IMG/VR virus record: IMGVR_UViG_3300020454_000016
Coordinates: 1-59,495 of that record
Source of the DNA: a virus
Lineage: Duplodnaviria; Caudoviricetes
Direction: 5' to 3' (one strand)
DNA: 59,495 bases
Below, piece after piece: positions 48,067 to 57,028 of the stretch. Made by a program: the position numbers and the translations under genes. Each line of letters opens with the position of its first letter. Position 1 is the stretch's first letter. The notes under the pieces are model-generated. The model searched no databases and was not told the origin of the DNA. It saw only the letters and a program-made list of their open reading frames with translations.

Positions 48067-50109
48067 CTAAATTTCTTTCGTGTCAAGCCAATTCTTTCCT
48101 ATTTTTGATTCTAATAATAATGGTACATTAAAATCAATATTATAGTATTGGTGGATGATGTCGTGCAGATTTTGATTTAGGTGTGCTACTGCCGCTATCA
48201 CTTCATCCACCTCGTTAGGATGTACATCAACAACGATTGAATCGTGTACTGTGTTTACTAAACAACTCTGTAGATTTCCTAACAATTTCTCAAATTCCAA
48301 TAAGACTATCGGAACAATACAACCTGTTGCAAAACCTTGAACAGGATAATTCTTAATCATAGTAAAAAAACTTACGCTACCATTTCTTCTCCTTTCAACT
48401 AATGGAAACTCATATTGTCTACCTGATGGTATTGTAACTCGCTTTGTTGCAACTACTTCATCAGCTAACTTTTTATGCCATTGAGCAATTCCTTTATACT
48501 TTTCATTAAAGTGCGTATAGTACTCTGCTTCTGCTTTCGTTCTGCCATACCCACTTGCCCCGTAAAGCGGAGCAAACGTATGCATCTTAGCTACTTGACG
48601 ACTCGTAGGTTGTCCCGCATCAGATATAATCTTAGCAGTATAACTATGCACATCGAAACCTGTTCTAACCTCTTCCATAGCCACCTTGTCCTGTGACAAA
48701 TATGCCGCCACTCTAAACTCCAATTGAGCAAAATCAGCTTCTAGTATCTGTCCATTTTCAAAACGTGACACAAATACTTTCTTAACAGGAAATGTACCAC
48801 CTCGCGGCATGTTTTGCATGTTAGGACTTCTACCACTAAATCTTCCTGTAGATGTAATGTGTTGCGTTAATCCCACATGTAAGAAACCATCTTCTTTTGT
48901 AAATGTCTTGATGCCTTGCACAAAAGACGACAAGTACGAATCTAGAGCAGACAGACGTTTTACATTAGCTATGAACTTAGCTTGTGGAATTAAGTTATTC
49001 GCTGTTGCTTGATTCTGTAGTATATCAAGATCACCTTTTGCAGTAGAGAAACCATTAGCACTTATCCATGATTTACTTGTAGGTTTGAATCGTAAGCCTG
49101 CGATAGATTGAGATGGTATCAATAGAAAGCCTTCACCTAGACACTTCTTACATATATTTGGTTTTTTGAATAATGTACCATCTTTTTTAATCTTATGTAT
49201 CTTCTTATTACCATTGCATTCATCACATTTAATCGCTTTAGTTTTGTACATAGGCACAGTATTCTGTTCGACACACCGATTAAAATCTCTTTTATCCCTA
49301 ACTTGTTGAAACAATTCTTCGCCCCATATCTTTTTATCAATAACTTTTCGACTGTATATTACTTGCGATAATTGTTCTGGACTATTAAGATTAATCGGTG
49401 TATCTCCCATTAATATGTTCATTTGATCTGATAATTCAAGTACTATGTCTGTTTTTTCTTGTTCAAACTCATTTCGTACCTTTTCTAATTCCATCTCATC
49501 AACCTTCATGCCTTTCATGTACATGCGAGTTAACGTCTTACACACCTTGTTTTTTATGTCCAACACTTTGTGCAAAGATTGATTTTCTTGATCTTGATAT
49601 CTTTTAAACAATGCCCAATAAAGACAGCGAGTAACTCTTATATCATCTTTCAAATAGCTACTTAATTCAGCATGGGGTATATCTCTAGTCGTGAAACCTT
49701 TCTTGAAATACTCTTTTAATATATCTGACTTAGTATGTGGCAATTCATATCGTTCTGCACATTTCTCAAGCGACAAGCCTTTCTTAACTCCTCTACATAA
49801 GACATACTCAGCTAACATTGTATCATAAATGTCGCAATCAAATTTAAACCCACATCCCCACAACCATTGCAAATCATGTTGGGCATTGTGCATAATCAAT
49901 AATGACGCATCCTCAAGTAAACGCTGTAATTTGTCAGCACTATCTGGTTGTATCTCAGCATGATCAAAAGTAAATACAGTTGGTTCACCACTACCATTTG
50001 CATCACCAATACCCACCATTGTTAAAGTATTTGTTGGCTCGTATGGATCAAGGTGTAGCTTGCCATCTCTTGTGATTACTGTGTTTTCTACATCAACTAC
50101 TAATTTCAT
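48067..50109 (-). CDS. polA: Family A DNA polymerase with DnaJ-like zinc-finger insertion
   Basis: Exo DVE and HNAQHD; TGRFS, DFAQLE, AKMHTFAPLYG, NYPVQG, VHDS; insert CDECNG...CKKCLGEG. Confidence 0.95.
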   Translation of the reverse strand: MKLVVDVENTVITRDGKLHLDPYEPTNTLTMVGIGDANGSGEPTVFTFDHAEIQPDSADKLQRLLEDASLLIMHNAQHDLQWLWGCGFKFDCDIYDTMLAEYVLCRGVKKGLSLEKCAERYELPHTKSDILKEYFKKGFTTRDIPHAELSSYLKDDIRVTRCLYWALFKRYQDQENQSLHKVLDIKNKVCKTLTRMYMKGMKVDEMELEKVRNEFEQEKTDIVLELSDQMNILMGDTPINLNSPEQLSQVIYSRKVIDKKIWGEELFQQVRDKRDFNRCVEQNTVPMYKTKAIKCDECNGNKKIHKIKKDGTLFKKPNICKKCLGEGFLLIPSQSIAGLRFKPTSKSWISANGFSTAKGDLDILQNQATANNLIPQAKFIANVKRLSALDSYLSSFVQGIKTFTKEDGFLHVGLTQHITSTGRFSGRSPNMQNMPRGGTFPVKKVFVSRFENGQILEADFAQLEFRVAAYLSQDKVAMEEVRTGFDVHSYTAKIISDAGQPTSRQVAKMHTFAPLYGASGYGRTKAEAEYYTHFNEKYKGIAQWHKKLADEVVATKRVTIPSGRQYEFPLVERRRNGSVSFFTMIKNYPVQGFATGCIVPIVLLEFEKLLGNLQSCLVNTVHDSIVVDVHPNEVDEVIAAVAHLNQNLHDIIHQYYNIDFNVPLLLESKIGKNWLDTKEI

Positions 50110-50116
50110 TTTGTCC

Positions 50117-51337
50117 TCAAGGTATATAAAATGATTTCTCTTTATCTAAACGACAAGTAACTGTACCATGCCATCCATTCAACTTATTCTTAGACACAAC
50201 AATATGTCTTATATCTGTTTCTTCCTCGCCTTCAAGCATGGGGTCTTTAGATAAGAGCAACATCAAATCTGTTTCTGCCGCCTTTCCTGTCTTAGACCCT
50301 TCAAGCATAGATTGATTAGGTGTGACTCTGCCCTCTGCTTCAGCAGACAATTGACTCATCCATATAATTGCACAACCATGCAACTTAGCTATGTTCCTAG
50401 CATGAATTGCCGCATCTTTCAAGTACACATCAGACTTATCACTTGTACGCATAGCAAACTTGTCACCCATATCTAACACAACAATGTCAGGCTTAGTTGC
50501 TTTGATTGTCAACTCAACGTAGTCCATGTACAAACCTGTACAATCTTTGATGGTCAGCCTATCTGTTACTTTCTTATATAACATCCCTGCTTTAGCCGGA
50601 TTGTTCTTGATTGCTTTCATGTCCATTCCTGTTGTTGCAGTTAAGTATCGTGAACCGACACGATGATATGCTTCTTCATTAGTTAATATAATGCATCTTG
50701 CTCCTTGTTCAACAAAGCCACCAGGACCTGCTATTATTGATGCCTGAAACGATGTTTTACCTGTGTTAGGTCTTGCACCAATCATAACCAAATGCCCATC
50801 GCTGATGCCCTCTATTCTTTGTTTGAGAGTAGGTAGATTGAACTTCCACTTAGCTTCAAGATCATTAAGACGCAAAAGTGTTTCAATGCTTATGTCTTCC
50901 CAATCAATTTCAATATTAGGTAAAAAGTCATCATTGTGTTTATGTATTATCTTACGTAAAGGTTCTAACGAATTGGTCTTACCATTAACATAATCAAATC
51001 CTATGTTTGCAATCTCCTCGCCTAACATCTGCCTAAATAAACTAGATAGCACATCACTAGCTATTTCTTTGTCCATAGCTTTCTGCTTACTTAACTTAAA
51101 AAACAGATTAGTATACACTTCTCTGTTGGCAGTTGTCATTGTTGGATTGTTAGCCATAAATAAAGCTTGTAACTCATCTACAGTTAAATCCTTTTCGTAC
51201 TTCTTCATTGAATAGTCCAAGACTTGTTTAATCTTGACTACATCTTTAGAAAATATTTTATCAGGTGACTTAGCACCTTTGTGTTCATCATAGAACTTTT
51301 TATCCATGAGTGATCTTATTAAAGCCAACTCTGTCAT
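50117..51337 (-). CDS. Replicative helicase (DnaB/SF4)
   Basis: GARPNTGKT, VVLD, SQL, KNK..G. Confidence 0.9.
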   Translation of the reverse strand: MTELALIRSLMDKKFYDEHKGAKSPDKIFSKDVVKIKQVLDYSMKKYEKDLTVDELQALFMANNPTMTTANREVYTNLFFKLSKQKAMDKEIASDVLSSLFRQMLGEEIANIGFDYVNGKTNSLEPLRKIIHKHNDDFLPNIEIDWEDISIETLLRLNDLEAKWKFNLPTLKQRIEGISDGHLVMIGARPNTGKTSFQASIIAGPGGFVEQGARCIILTNEEAYHRVGSRYLTATTGMDMKAIKNNPAKAGMLYKKVTDRLTIKDCTGLYMDYVELTIKATKPDIVVLDMGDKFAMRTSDKSDVYLKDAAIHARNIAKLHGCAIIWMSQLSAEAEGRVTPNQSMLEGSKTGKAAETDLMLLLSKDPMLEGEEETDIRHIVVSKNKLNGWHGTVTCRLDKEKSFYIP

Positions 51338-52131
51338 GCTAACACCTCTTTCAATCCTTCTATGTCCTCTACTCTCTTATATTTTATGTCATCTGTCAAG
51401 GGGTAGGCAGTTACTTCAGAAACATAATTCTTTAATTCCTTTGTGTAAGCAACTGTCTTACTCCTTGCGTCAGGGTCTAGGGCAACTACACAATGCTCAT
51501 ACTTAGATAGGAAATCAATGTGTCGATGATTGAGATTAGTACCCAATATGGCAACACCATCAACATCAGGAAAACAATCATAGACTACTAGAGATGACAC
51601 AACGTCCTCAACTATGATTGCTTTCTTTCTTCCTTTCCACGTATGTTGCACATAGTAGTCTGCCCTACCACTATAACGTAGCCATTTCGGATGCCCCCCA
51701 ACCAAGCTACGTCCTATAGCATCTATTAATGTACCATTCTCATTTCTAAGAGGAAAAACAAGACGATCATCTTTTACATCGTACATAATATATGATGCTG
51801 ATAAGTTTTTATGCAACCCCCACCTAGACATGAAAGCCTTGATGATAGGTTTGCTTATGTCATGTGTTACGTGTGGTGGCATTTGAAACTCCTCAACATT
51901 GCCACGTGGCAAACTTGGACTTTTATTCATAAGATTGTATATGTCTTCACGATTTAATCCCACAGAAACTTTTCCTTTTGACCCACACGATACTCTATAG
52001 CAGTTGAATACAATAATGCCATCCACCTTAGATGCAGTAAATGTATTCTTGCCTTTACACAAAGGGCAATCTCCTCTGTAGCTATCGCCCTCACTAATAT
52101 GTAAATCATTTATATATGTATTTATAAACAT
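51334..52131 (-). CDS. DNA primase (zinc finger plus TOPRIM)
   Basis: CPLC...CYRVSC; IVED; ALDPDA. Confidence 0.88.
   Translation of the reverse strand: MFINTYINDLHISEGDSYRGDCPLCKGKNTFTASKVDGIIVFNCYRVSCGSKGKVSVGLNREDIYNLMNKSPSLPRGNVEEFQMPPHVTHDISKPIIKAFMSRWGLHKNLSASYIMYDVKDDRLVFPLRNENGTLIDAIGRSLVGGHPKWLRYSGRADYYVQHTWKGRKKAIIVEDVVSSLVVYDCFPDVDGVAILGTNLNHRHIDFLSKYEHCVVALDPDARSKTVAYTKELKNYVSEVTAYPLTDDIKYKRVEDIEGLKEVLA
51894..51917 (-). repeat. 24-bp quasi-palindrome copy 4, inside the primase gene
   Basis: Exact match; encodes PSLPRGNV in the linker region. Confidence 0.97.
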
Positions 52132-52177
52132 CTAGATGCTCCACTTATAATGTATGTGAACTGCAAACTTCATTTTG

Positions 52178-53305
52178 TCAAGACCCACCACTAAAAATAT
52201 TTAAAGATTGTGTCTTTGATAACGCACTTTTTGCTGATTTTAGTGTGTGTTTTACGTAAGGTGTCACCGATTGTATATTTTGATGCCCACTTACTGCCAT
52301 GATCTGTGTTATATCTACACCATTCTCCACCATCTCTGTGATTTTAGTTCTTCTCATGTCCATGATTTTTAAATCAGGAGATAGACCACACTTTTCTTTA
52401 ATCTCATTTGCTTTTGTGGAGATTTGTGTCTTGTCATATGGTCTGTATTTAGTTTTGTATGGCGATACATTAGGTGCAACATACTCTTGCCACCCCCAAT
52501 TCTCATGTTGTTTCTTTAACATACGCACCAAATCATCAGAAATAGGTAGAAACACCTCTGATCTACGTTTAGATTGTTCAAGTGTTAGAACTTGGTCATC
52601 AAAATTTATACATGACCACTTCAACTCACGCATATCACCCACTCGTTGCCCCCACTCGTAAGCCATGTGTGTAATCAAACCAATATTTGACCAATTCCAC
52701 TTGCTATAAGCAGTTTCTAGGAACAATCTTACTTCTTTTTGTGTCCAAACAACCTTCCTAGCCAACTCTTTTTGTTTTTCTATGCCTAAACTAGGATTAG
52801 CCACGATGATATCGTACTCAAGTGCGACATTTAGTACCTTACGCAATACAGAATGCGTGATGTTAGCAGTTCTTGACCCTCTCTCTAGCCACTTCTCGTA
52901 TGCTGACTTGATATCTGACCGACATAGCTTGCCCAACTTAATATTTTGTAGTGTTCTACCCCCTTTTATCTTAGTCATCAAGCCTTTGTGCATAAGATTG
53001 CGATAATCTCTCTTAGTTTGCTCACGTAACTTGTTGAAACTGTGTGTAGTTTGGTAAAATCTAAATAAAGCATAAAGTGTGCTTTTGTCAGTTGGTATTT
53101 TCTGTGCAATAACAAACTTTTGCCACTCATTTAGCTTTTTATTCTGTTCTTCTATCTTATTATACGATGCATAGCGATTTGCTTCGCATCTCATAGGATG
53201 TACGATGCCCACCACTACTGCCCTCATAGGTGGATTGTACTCCCACCACGTAGTTCCATCAGAATCACGAACTACTCGTACATGTTTTGGTATTTTTTTA
53301 TTCAT
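52178..53305 (-). CDS. int: Tyrosine recombinase/integrase
   Basis: GQRVGD (R), QSK (K), DMRRT (R), SGH (H), TPY (Y). Confidence 0.9.
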   Translation of the reverse strand: MNKKIPKHVRVVRDSDGTTWWEYNPPMRAVVVGIVHPMRCEANRYASYNKIEEQNKKLNEWQKFVIAQKIPTDKSTLYALFRFYQTTHSFNKLREQTKRDYRNLMHKGLMTKIKGGRTLQNIKLGKLCRSDIKSAYEKWLERGSRTANITHSVLRKVLNVALEYDIIVANPSLGIEKQKELARKVVWTQKEVRLFLETAYSKWNWSNIGLITHMAYEWGQRVGDMRELKWSCINFDDQVLTLEQSKRRSEVFLPISDDLVRMLKKQHENWGWQEYVAPNVSPYKTKYRPYDKTQISTKANEIKEKCGLSPDLKIMDMRRTKITEMVENGVDITQIMAVSGHQNIQSVTPYVKHTLKSAKSALSKTQSLNIFSGGS

Positions 53306-53321
53306 ATGATATCTCCTAATT

Positions 53322-53345
53322 CAACATTGCCACGTGGCAAACTTG
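53322..53345 (-). repeat. 24-bp quasi-palindrome copy 5, upstream of the integrase SD
   Basis: Exact match, 4 nt before AGGAG. Confidence 0.97.
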
Positions 53346-53349
53346 GTAT

Positions 53350-53553
53350 TTAAAATGGTGGCTCTTCACCCCTGTGGGATGGTAGCCAAACGTCATATTC
53401 AATGCGTGGTGTTTCTTCTCTAGTAAGAATAATTGTTTCACGCACACCAATCTCATCTAAGAATGACTTTATATTGTATGGTAAATCATCATTGCCATCT
53501 TTCACAAGTAACGACATCTCTATCTCCCCATTTATCATACATATTTCTAACAT
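53350..53553 (-). CDS. Small hypothetical protein ending in GEEPPF
   Basis: ORF in the coupled early cluster; start uncertain. Confidence 0.6.
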   Translation of the reverse strand: MLEICMINGEIEMSLLVKDGNDDLPYNIKSFLDEIGVRETIILTREETPRIEYDVWLPSHRGEEPPF

Positions 53554-53743
53554 CTTCTAATGCATATGTCAATATTTCTTCAGCACAAAATGAATCAATT
53601 GCATAATTAGAAATAAACAAAAGAACCATTCTAACTACATCTTCATGTGTAGCATGTACAGGTATAATATCGCTTATTTCTTCCATCATTTTAACGAGAA
53701 CACGAGGATCTCTCACATTCCTATATCTCTGTGTCATAATCAT
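53489..53743 (-). CDS. Hypothetical protein
   Basis: GAGGAG SD. Confidence 0.65.
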   Translation of the reverse strand: MIMTQRYRNVRDPRVLVKMMEEISDIIPVHATHEDVVRMVLLFISNYAIDSFCAEEILTYALEDVRNMYDKWGDRDVVTCERWQ

Positions 53744-53879
53744 AACTCCTCACATTAATGTTTACACGTTTGTGTGGTTTCTTCTTCCCTTTTTTAGGTG
53801 GCACAATTTGTGGTGGCTTACGATCAGTTAACATAGCCTTTGCGATAGGATTGACACGCACTATTTTTAATTTTTTCAT
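53721..53879 (-). CDS. Small basic protein (NPIAKA motif)
   Basis: GGAG SD before ATG 53879. Confidence 0.65.
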   Translation of the reverse strand: MKKLKIVRVNPIAKAMLTDRKPPQIVPPKKGKKKPHKRVNINVRSYDYDTEI

Positions 53880-54006
53880 CGTTCTCTCCACAGATTGTAA
53901 CTCGTGGGTAGTGCCACATACTGACAAATCGTTTTTCAATATGTAGCTCCCACAAATAAGCAAGCACTATAATAAATAGTAAACTCTTCCACCTATTATA
54001 CATCAC
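53824..54006 (-). CDS. Small membrane peptide
   Basis: GTGA overlap with the upstream gene; hydrophobic N-terminus. Confidence 0.5.
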   Translation of the reverse strand: MMYNRWKSLLFIIVLAYLWELHIEKRFVSMWHYPRVTICGENDEKIKNSACQSYRKGYVN

Positions 54007-54224
54007 AAAAACATTTTATCTCTATGCATGTCAGATTTATGATCTAGTATTTCATTTTCAGTTAAGGTTGACACAATAGCTGAAACAATTTCAGGATGCC
54101 TTTGCATTATTTCCACACTATCAGGAACTAATACATCATTATCATACTTATCTTTATAATGCTTTTGTATTGTTTTTATTGCTTCATTTAAAAAATCTTC
54201 TATATGCATACGTCTAGTCATCAC
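54003..54224 (-). CDS. Hypothetical protein
   Basis: Coupled ORF. Confidence 0.6.
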   Translation of the reverse strand: MMTRRMHIEDFLNEAIKTIQKHYKDKYDNDVLVPDSVEIMQRHPEIVSAIVSTLTENEILDHKSDMHRDKMFL

Positions 54225-54519
54225 AAAAATTCCTTCCTATTTTACAGTTTGCAGTTTGCTTACATACCTTCTCGTGTTTGGCATTCTCCCAACAATCACC
54301 ATCAGGTAGGTGCATTTTCCAAAACATATCCCACGTACCCATTGATAAGAATATCAAAGTCATGGGAATGATTAGCACAGACATAATGATCCACATATAT
54401 GCTATGCCAAACCCTTCATTGTGATATGGTTTCATTTTAATCCTATTCTTTCTTTGTTCTGCTTTTGCATAATGCTCTCGCCATTGCTCAGGAACAAAAC
54501 TGTATTGATCTGTATTCAT
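54214..54519 (-). CDS. Hypothetical membrane protein with Cys-rich C-terminus
   Basis: One TM segment, four Cys. Confidence 0.65.
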   Translation of the reverse strand: MNTDQYSFVPEQWREHYAKAEQRKNRIKMKPYHNEGFGIAYMWIIMSVLIIPMTLIFLSMGTWDMFWKMHLPDGDCWENAKHEKVCKQTANCKIGRNFCDD

Positions 54520-54707
54520 TCGTACATTCTCCCATATTTATATGCCATTTGATTTCTATTCTTCATTAAAACATCTGTGACAAAGTTCGCCACCTTCTCG
54601 ACCTCATTCAAAGTCAGACCTTGTAGTGTAACTTTGAATGCATCTTCATTAGGTGTATTCCTCTGTCGCATCAACTCACTACTGCACTTTATCTTTTCTA
54701 CTTTCAT
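54516..54707 (-). CDS. Hypothetical protein
   Basis: GAGG SD, coupled ORF. Confidence 0.6.
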   Translation of the reverse strand: MKVEKIKCSSELMRQRNTPNEDAFKVTLQGLTLNEVEKVANFVTDVLMKNRNQMAYKYGRMYE

Positions 54708-55878
54708 TATATACCTCTAACCATTTAGGATCATAAGACTTCTTGTTCTCGCCTATGTACTCATGTGAATAACATATGCGTTTCTTTTCTAGTGGAAAGT
54801 GATGCCAACTCTTACTGTTGCCACTCTTTGATCTGTCCACCAAGTTTGTAGCAGTTGGTCGCCATAATGGTGACTTCTGCCTATACTCGCCCATGCGTAT
54901 GTGACTAGTCTTAGAGAAATATCGTAAGCCTTGTTCAATATGCATGTCAGCAATCGTATCAGATAATCGTGTACCTAAACCAATACCTTGAAAGTCAGGT
55001 AGACATACTGTCCTACACTCTCGCCACTTCAAACGAATGTCGCCCTCATATAAACCGGGGGTACGACCGGGTAGACAGATAGATGATGCGAATGCTACAA
55101 GTTCATCTCCCCACTTAGCTATCCATGAACGAGTAGCATGTGGTAGCTTGTGATTTAGATAGTGATGGTTCTTAAACATTTCCCATTTGTCTCGCTGACA
55201 TCTGTAAATACTAAGTTCAATTGTGGGTCTGATCCATCGCCTTTGTGACCCCCTCGACACAAGCTGTTTTGTGTCTGTGTTATATACCCAATCTGGCTCA
55301 AGCCATTCAATAATGTCATCATGGCACGATGCAAATACGATGTGCGATAGTCCTTGCTTACGTATGTACTTAGCCACACTAGAACTGCATGACTTAGCCA
55401 CATTACGATTGACTACGGATGTGAACTCATCAATTACTGAACCATAAGCTAGTTTACGAGCCAAATCTGCCCTGAACCCCTCACCATTTGATACGACATG
55501 TCTAGGTTTAGCCCATGTAGGCACACTATTCAAGCCAACTGCACTCAATCTCTCAATGGCATCATCTACACTACCGAAATGACTAGCAATTGATTTATCA
55601 TCTATCCACATAGGTTTGTACTCTTCACCAAACTGTTTCAAGATTGATGACTTACCTGACCCACTTGATCCTACGATCAAACCTATGTTGAACTCTAATG
55701 GATTGCCATTATCATAGGTCATTATCTGATCATGTAAGTTAGGCACTTCAAATGAAGTTGTATAAGTATCTCCCTCGTGATCATGGAATAGATCAAAGAG
55801 TTTGTATATCTTTTTGTCTACATCTGTAGCTTGTATGCTACTCGTTAGTATCTCACTCATAGTCTTTCTCCTGTGCAT
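54679..55878 (-). CDS. ABC-type ATPase fused to a GNAT (Mom-like) domain
   Basis: GSSGSGKS, VSNGE signature, IDEFTS, SCH; then HHYL and RTVCLPDFQGIGLG acetyl-CoA loop. Confidence 0.8.
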   Translation of the reverse strand: MHRRKTMSEILTSSIQATDVDKKIYKLFDLFHDHEGDTYTTSFEVPNLHDQIMTYDNGNPLEFNIGLIVGSSGSGKSSILKQFGEEYKPMWIDDKSIASHFGSVDDAIERLSAVGLNSVPTWAKPRHVVSNGEGFRADLARKLAYGSVIDEFTSVVNRNVAKSCSSSVAKYIRKQGLSHIVFASCHDDIIEWLEPDWVYNTDTKQLVSRGSQRRWIRPTIELSIYRCQRDKWEMFKNHHYLNHKLPHATRSWIAKWGDELVAFASSICLPGRTPGLYEGDIRLKWRECRTVCLPDFQGIGLGTRLSDTIADMHIEQGLRYFSKTSHIRMGEYRQKSPLWRPTATNLVDRSKSGNSKSWHHFPLEKKRICYSHEYIGENKKSYDPKWLEVYNESRKDKVQ

Positions 55879-56041
55879 AATCCCAAACTCGTATAAATTT
55901 TTCTAGCCACAATAACTGTGTTGCATTGAACCTACCCTCTTCGTGAAAGTATCTCTCTTCAAAAGCACAACTCAAAGGCTGAACTCCTTGCTCATCACCC
56001 CACTTGTTATATAGGGTAGTTAACTTATCTAATGTTATCAT
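55853..56041 (-). CDS. Hypothetical protein
   Basis: GGAG SD, coupled ORF. Confidence 0.65.
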   Translation of the reverse strand: MITLDKLTTLYNKWGDEQGVQPLSCAFEERYFHEEGRFNATQLLWLEKFIRVWDYAQEKDYE

Positions 56042-56265
56042 CGTGATTGCTCCCTTGAAAACACTTCAACTTCTTCTAACCAAAAATCGTCTGAGTTATA
56101 AGGTTCTTGACCTTCATTAACTTCTCTCACTTTGTTTTCTCGTTTTAGCCATTCCCCAAAATTATTTGTGACTACATCAATCCATCTCCAAAAATTTCCA
56201 TCATCGTTTGTGTAGTAAACTGCGTAATATGAAGTATCATTTTTATGCCAATCTTTACCATTCAT
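56038..56265 (-). CDS. Hypothetical protein
   Basis: GAGGAG SD, coupled ORF. Confidence 0.65.
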   Translation of the reverse strand: MNGKDWHKNDTSYYAVYYTNDDGNFWRWIDVVTNNFGEWLKRENKVREVNEGQEPYNSDDFWLEEVEVFSREQSR

Positions 56266-56444
56266 AGTGATTGCTCCTCAAGTTTATGTTCCAACAACTT
56301 ATCTATAACATTATCTAGCTGATTAATCAATAGGTTATTACCCATACTAGCTACTTGTTCAATAAGATTTTCTGTGGTTGTCGCCATAATTTCATCTAGT
56401 ATTTGCTCCTTTAGAGCATCATTGTGTACATTACTCATTGTCAA
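56262..56444 (-). CDS. Hypothetical protein
   Basis: AAGGAG SD, coupled ORF. Confidence 0.6.
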   Translation of the reverse strand: MTMSNVHNDALKEQILDEIMATTTENLIEQVASMGNNLLINQLDNVIDKLLEHKLEEQSL

Positions 56445-56715
56445 TCTCCTTCGCTAACCAACCACCTAAACGTCTGTGTAATTTACCATTAATTATCATT
56501 TCTTGAAACCATCTTATATCTTTTTTGATCTCTGTCGCAGTTCTATTCAAGATTACATCATTCGCATACTCTTCACCCATGTATTCATTTAATCCTCTTT
56601 TACCTAAAGGATGAGTCATACAAATATCATTAGCTAATTTATCTTGCTCAATGCTATTCATGTTTGCGAATGTTTTTTCTTCTCCACCAACTGTAAATTT
56701 TCTTTCTTTATTCAT
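56431..56715 (-). CDS. Hypothetical protein
   Basis: GGAGG SD, coupled ORF. Confidence 0.65.
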   Translation of the reverse strand: MNKERKFTVGGEEKTFANMNSIEQDKLANDICMTHPLGKRGLNEYMGEEYANDVILNRTATEIKKDIRWFQEMIINGKLHRRLGGWLAKEIDNE

Positions 56716-56867
56716 TAATCATCCTCCAAATAAATCATAATTTTTGCTACTCTTGTAATCAAAGCTTTCCTACAATCCACCAACTCCTCATCATTTAGTT
56801 CTCTAAGAGAACAATGTAACTCTTCAGCTTCATCCCATGCATCTTGTATGTCCTCTCTATCAATCAT
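56715..56867 (-). CDS. 50-aa acidic protein (not in ORF track)
   Basis: MIDREDIQDAWDEAEE...; GAGG SD; TAATG coupling. Confidence 0.6.
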   Translation of the reverse strand: MIDREDIQDAWDEAEELHCSLRELNDEELVDCRKALITRVAKIMIYLEDD

Positions 56868-57009
56868 CTCTGTCCTCTCTCATATCTAAATATAAAATTC
56901 TACTTGTTTGCTTGTAGTAACCATGCTCTGCACAATAAGGCATCTTGTCCATGATTACTACTGCGTTAGTTGAAGTGCAACCCTTATGATTGCACTCAAC
57001 ATGTGTCAT
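56860..57009 (-). CDS. 49-aa putative zinc-finger peptide (not in ORF track)
   Basis: CNHKGC...YCAEH pattern; fills the gap after DUF932. Confidence 0.55.
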   Translation of the reverse strand: MTHVECNHKGCTSTNAVVIMDKMPYCAEHGYYKQTSRILYLDMREDRDD

Positions 57010-57028
57010 CTTCTGATTCAAGTACTCA

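Noticed and set aside
43210-50109. Intron or intein in nrdJ or the polymerase
   Set aside because: Both ORFs are continuous, of ordinary length and lack splicing motifs.
52132-52177. attP or tRNA-like core, and a promoter, next to the integrase
   Set aside because: No recognisable tRNA arm, and the TTGACA here lacks a -10 at proper spacing. attP cannot be placed without a host genome.
51894-53345. Copies 4 and 5 as attL/attR of an excisable integrase cassette
   Set aside because: Excision would remove the primase N-terminus. The central 6 bp is symmetric, unlike typical tyrosine recombinase spacers, and no hybrid-arm sites are present.
56969-57000. Hairpin GTTGAAGTGCAA...TTGCACTCAAC as a terminator
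   Set aside because: No U-tract, and it lies within a plausible zinc-finger ORF.
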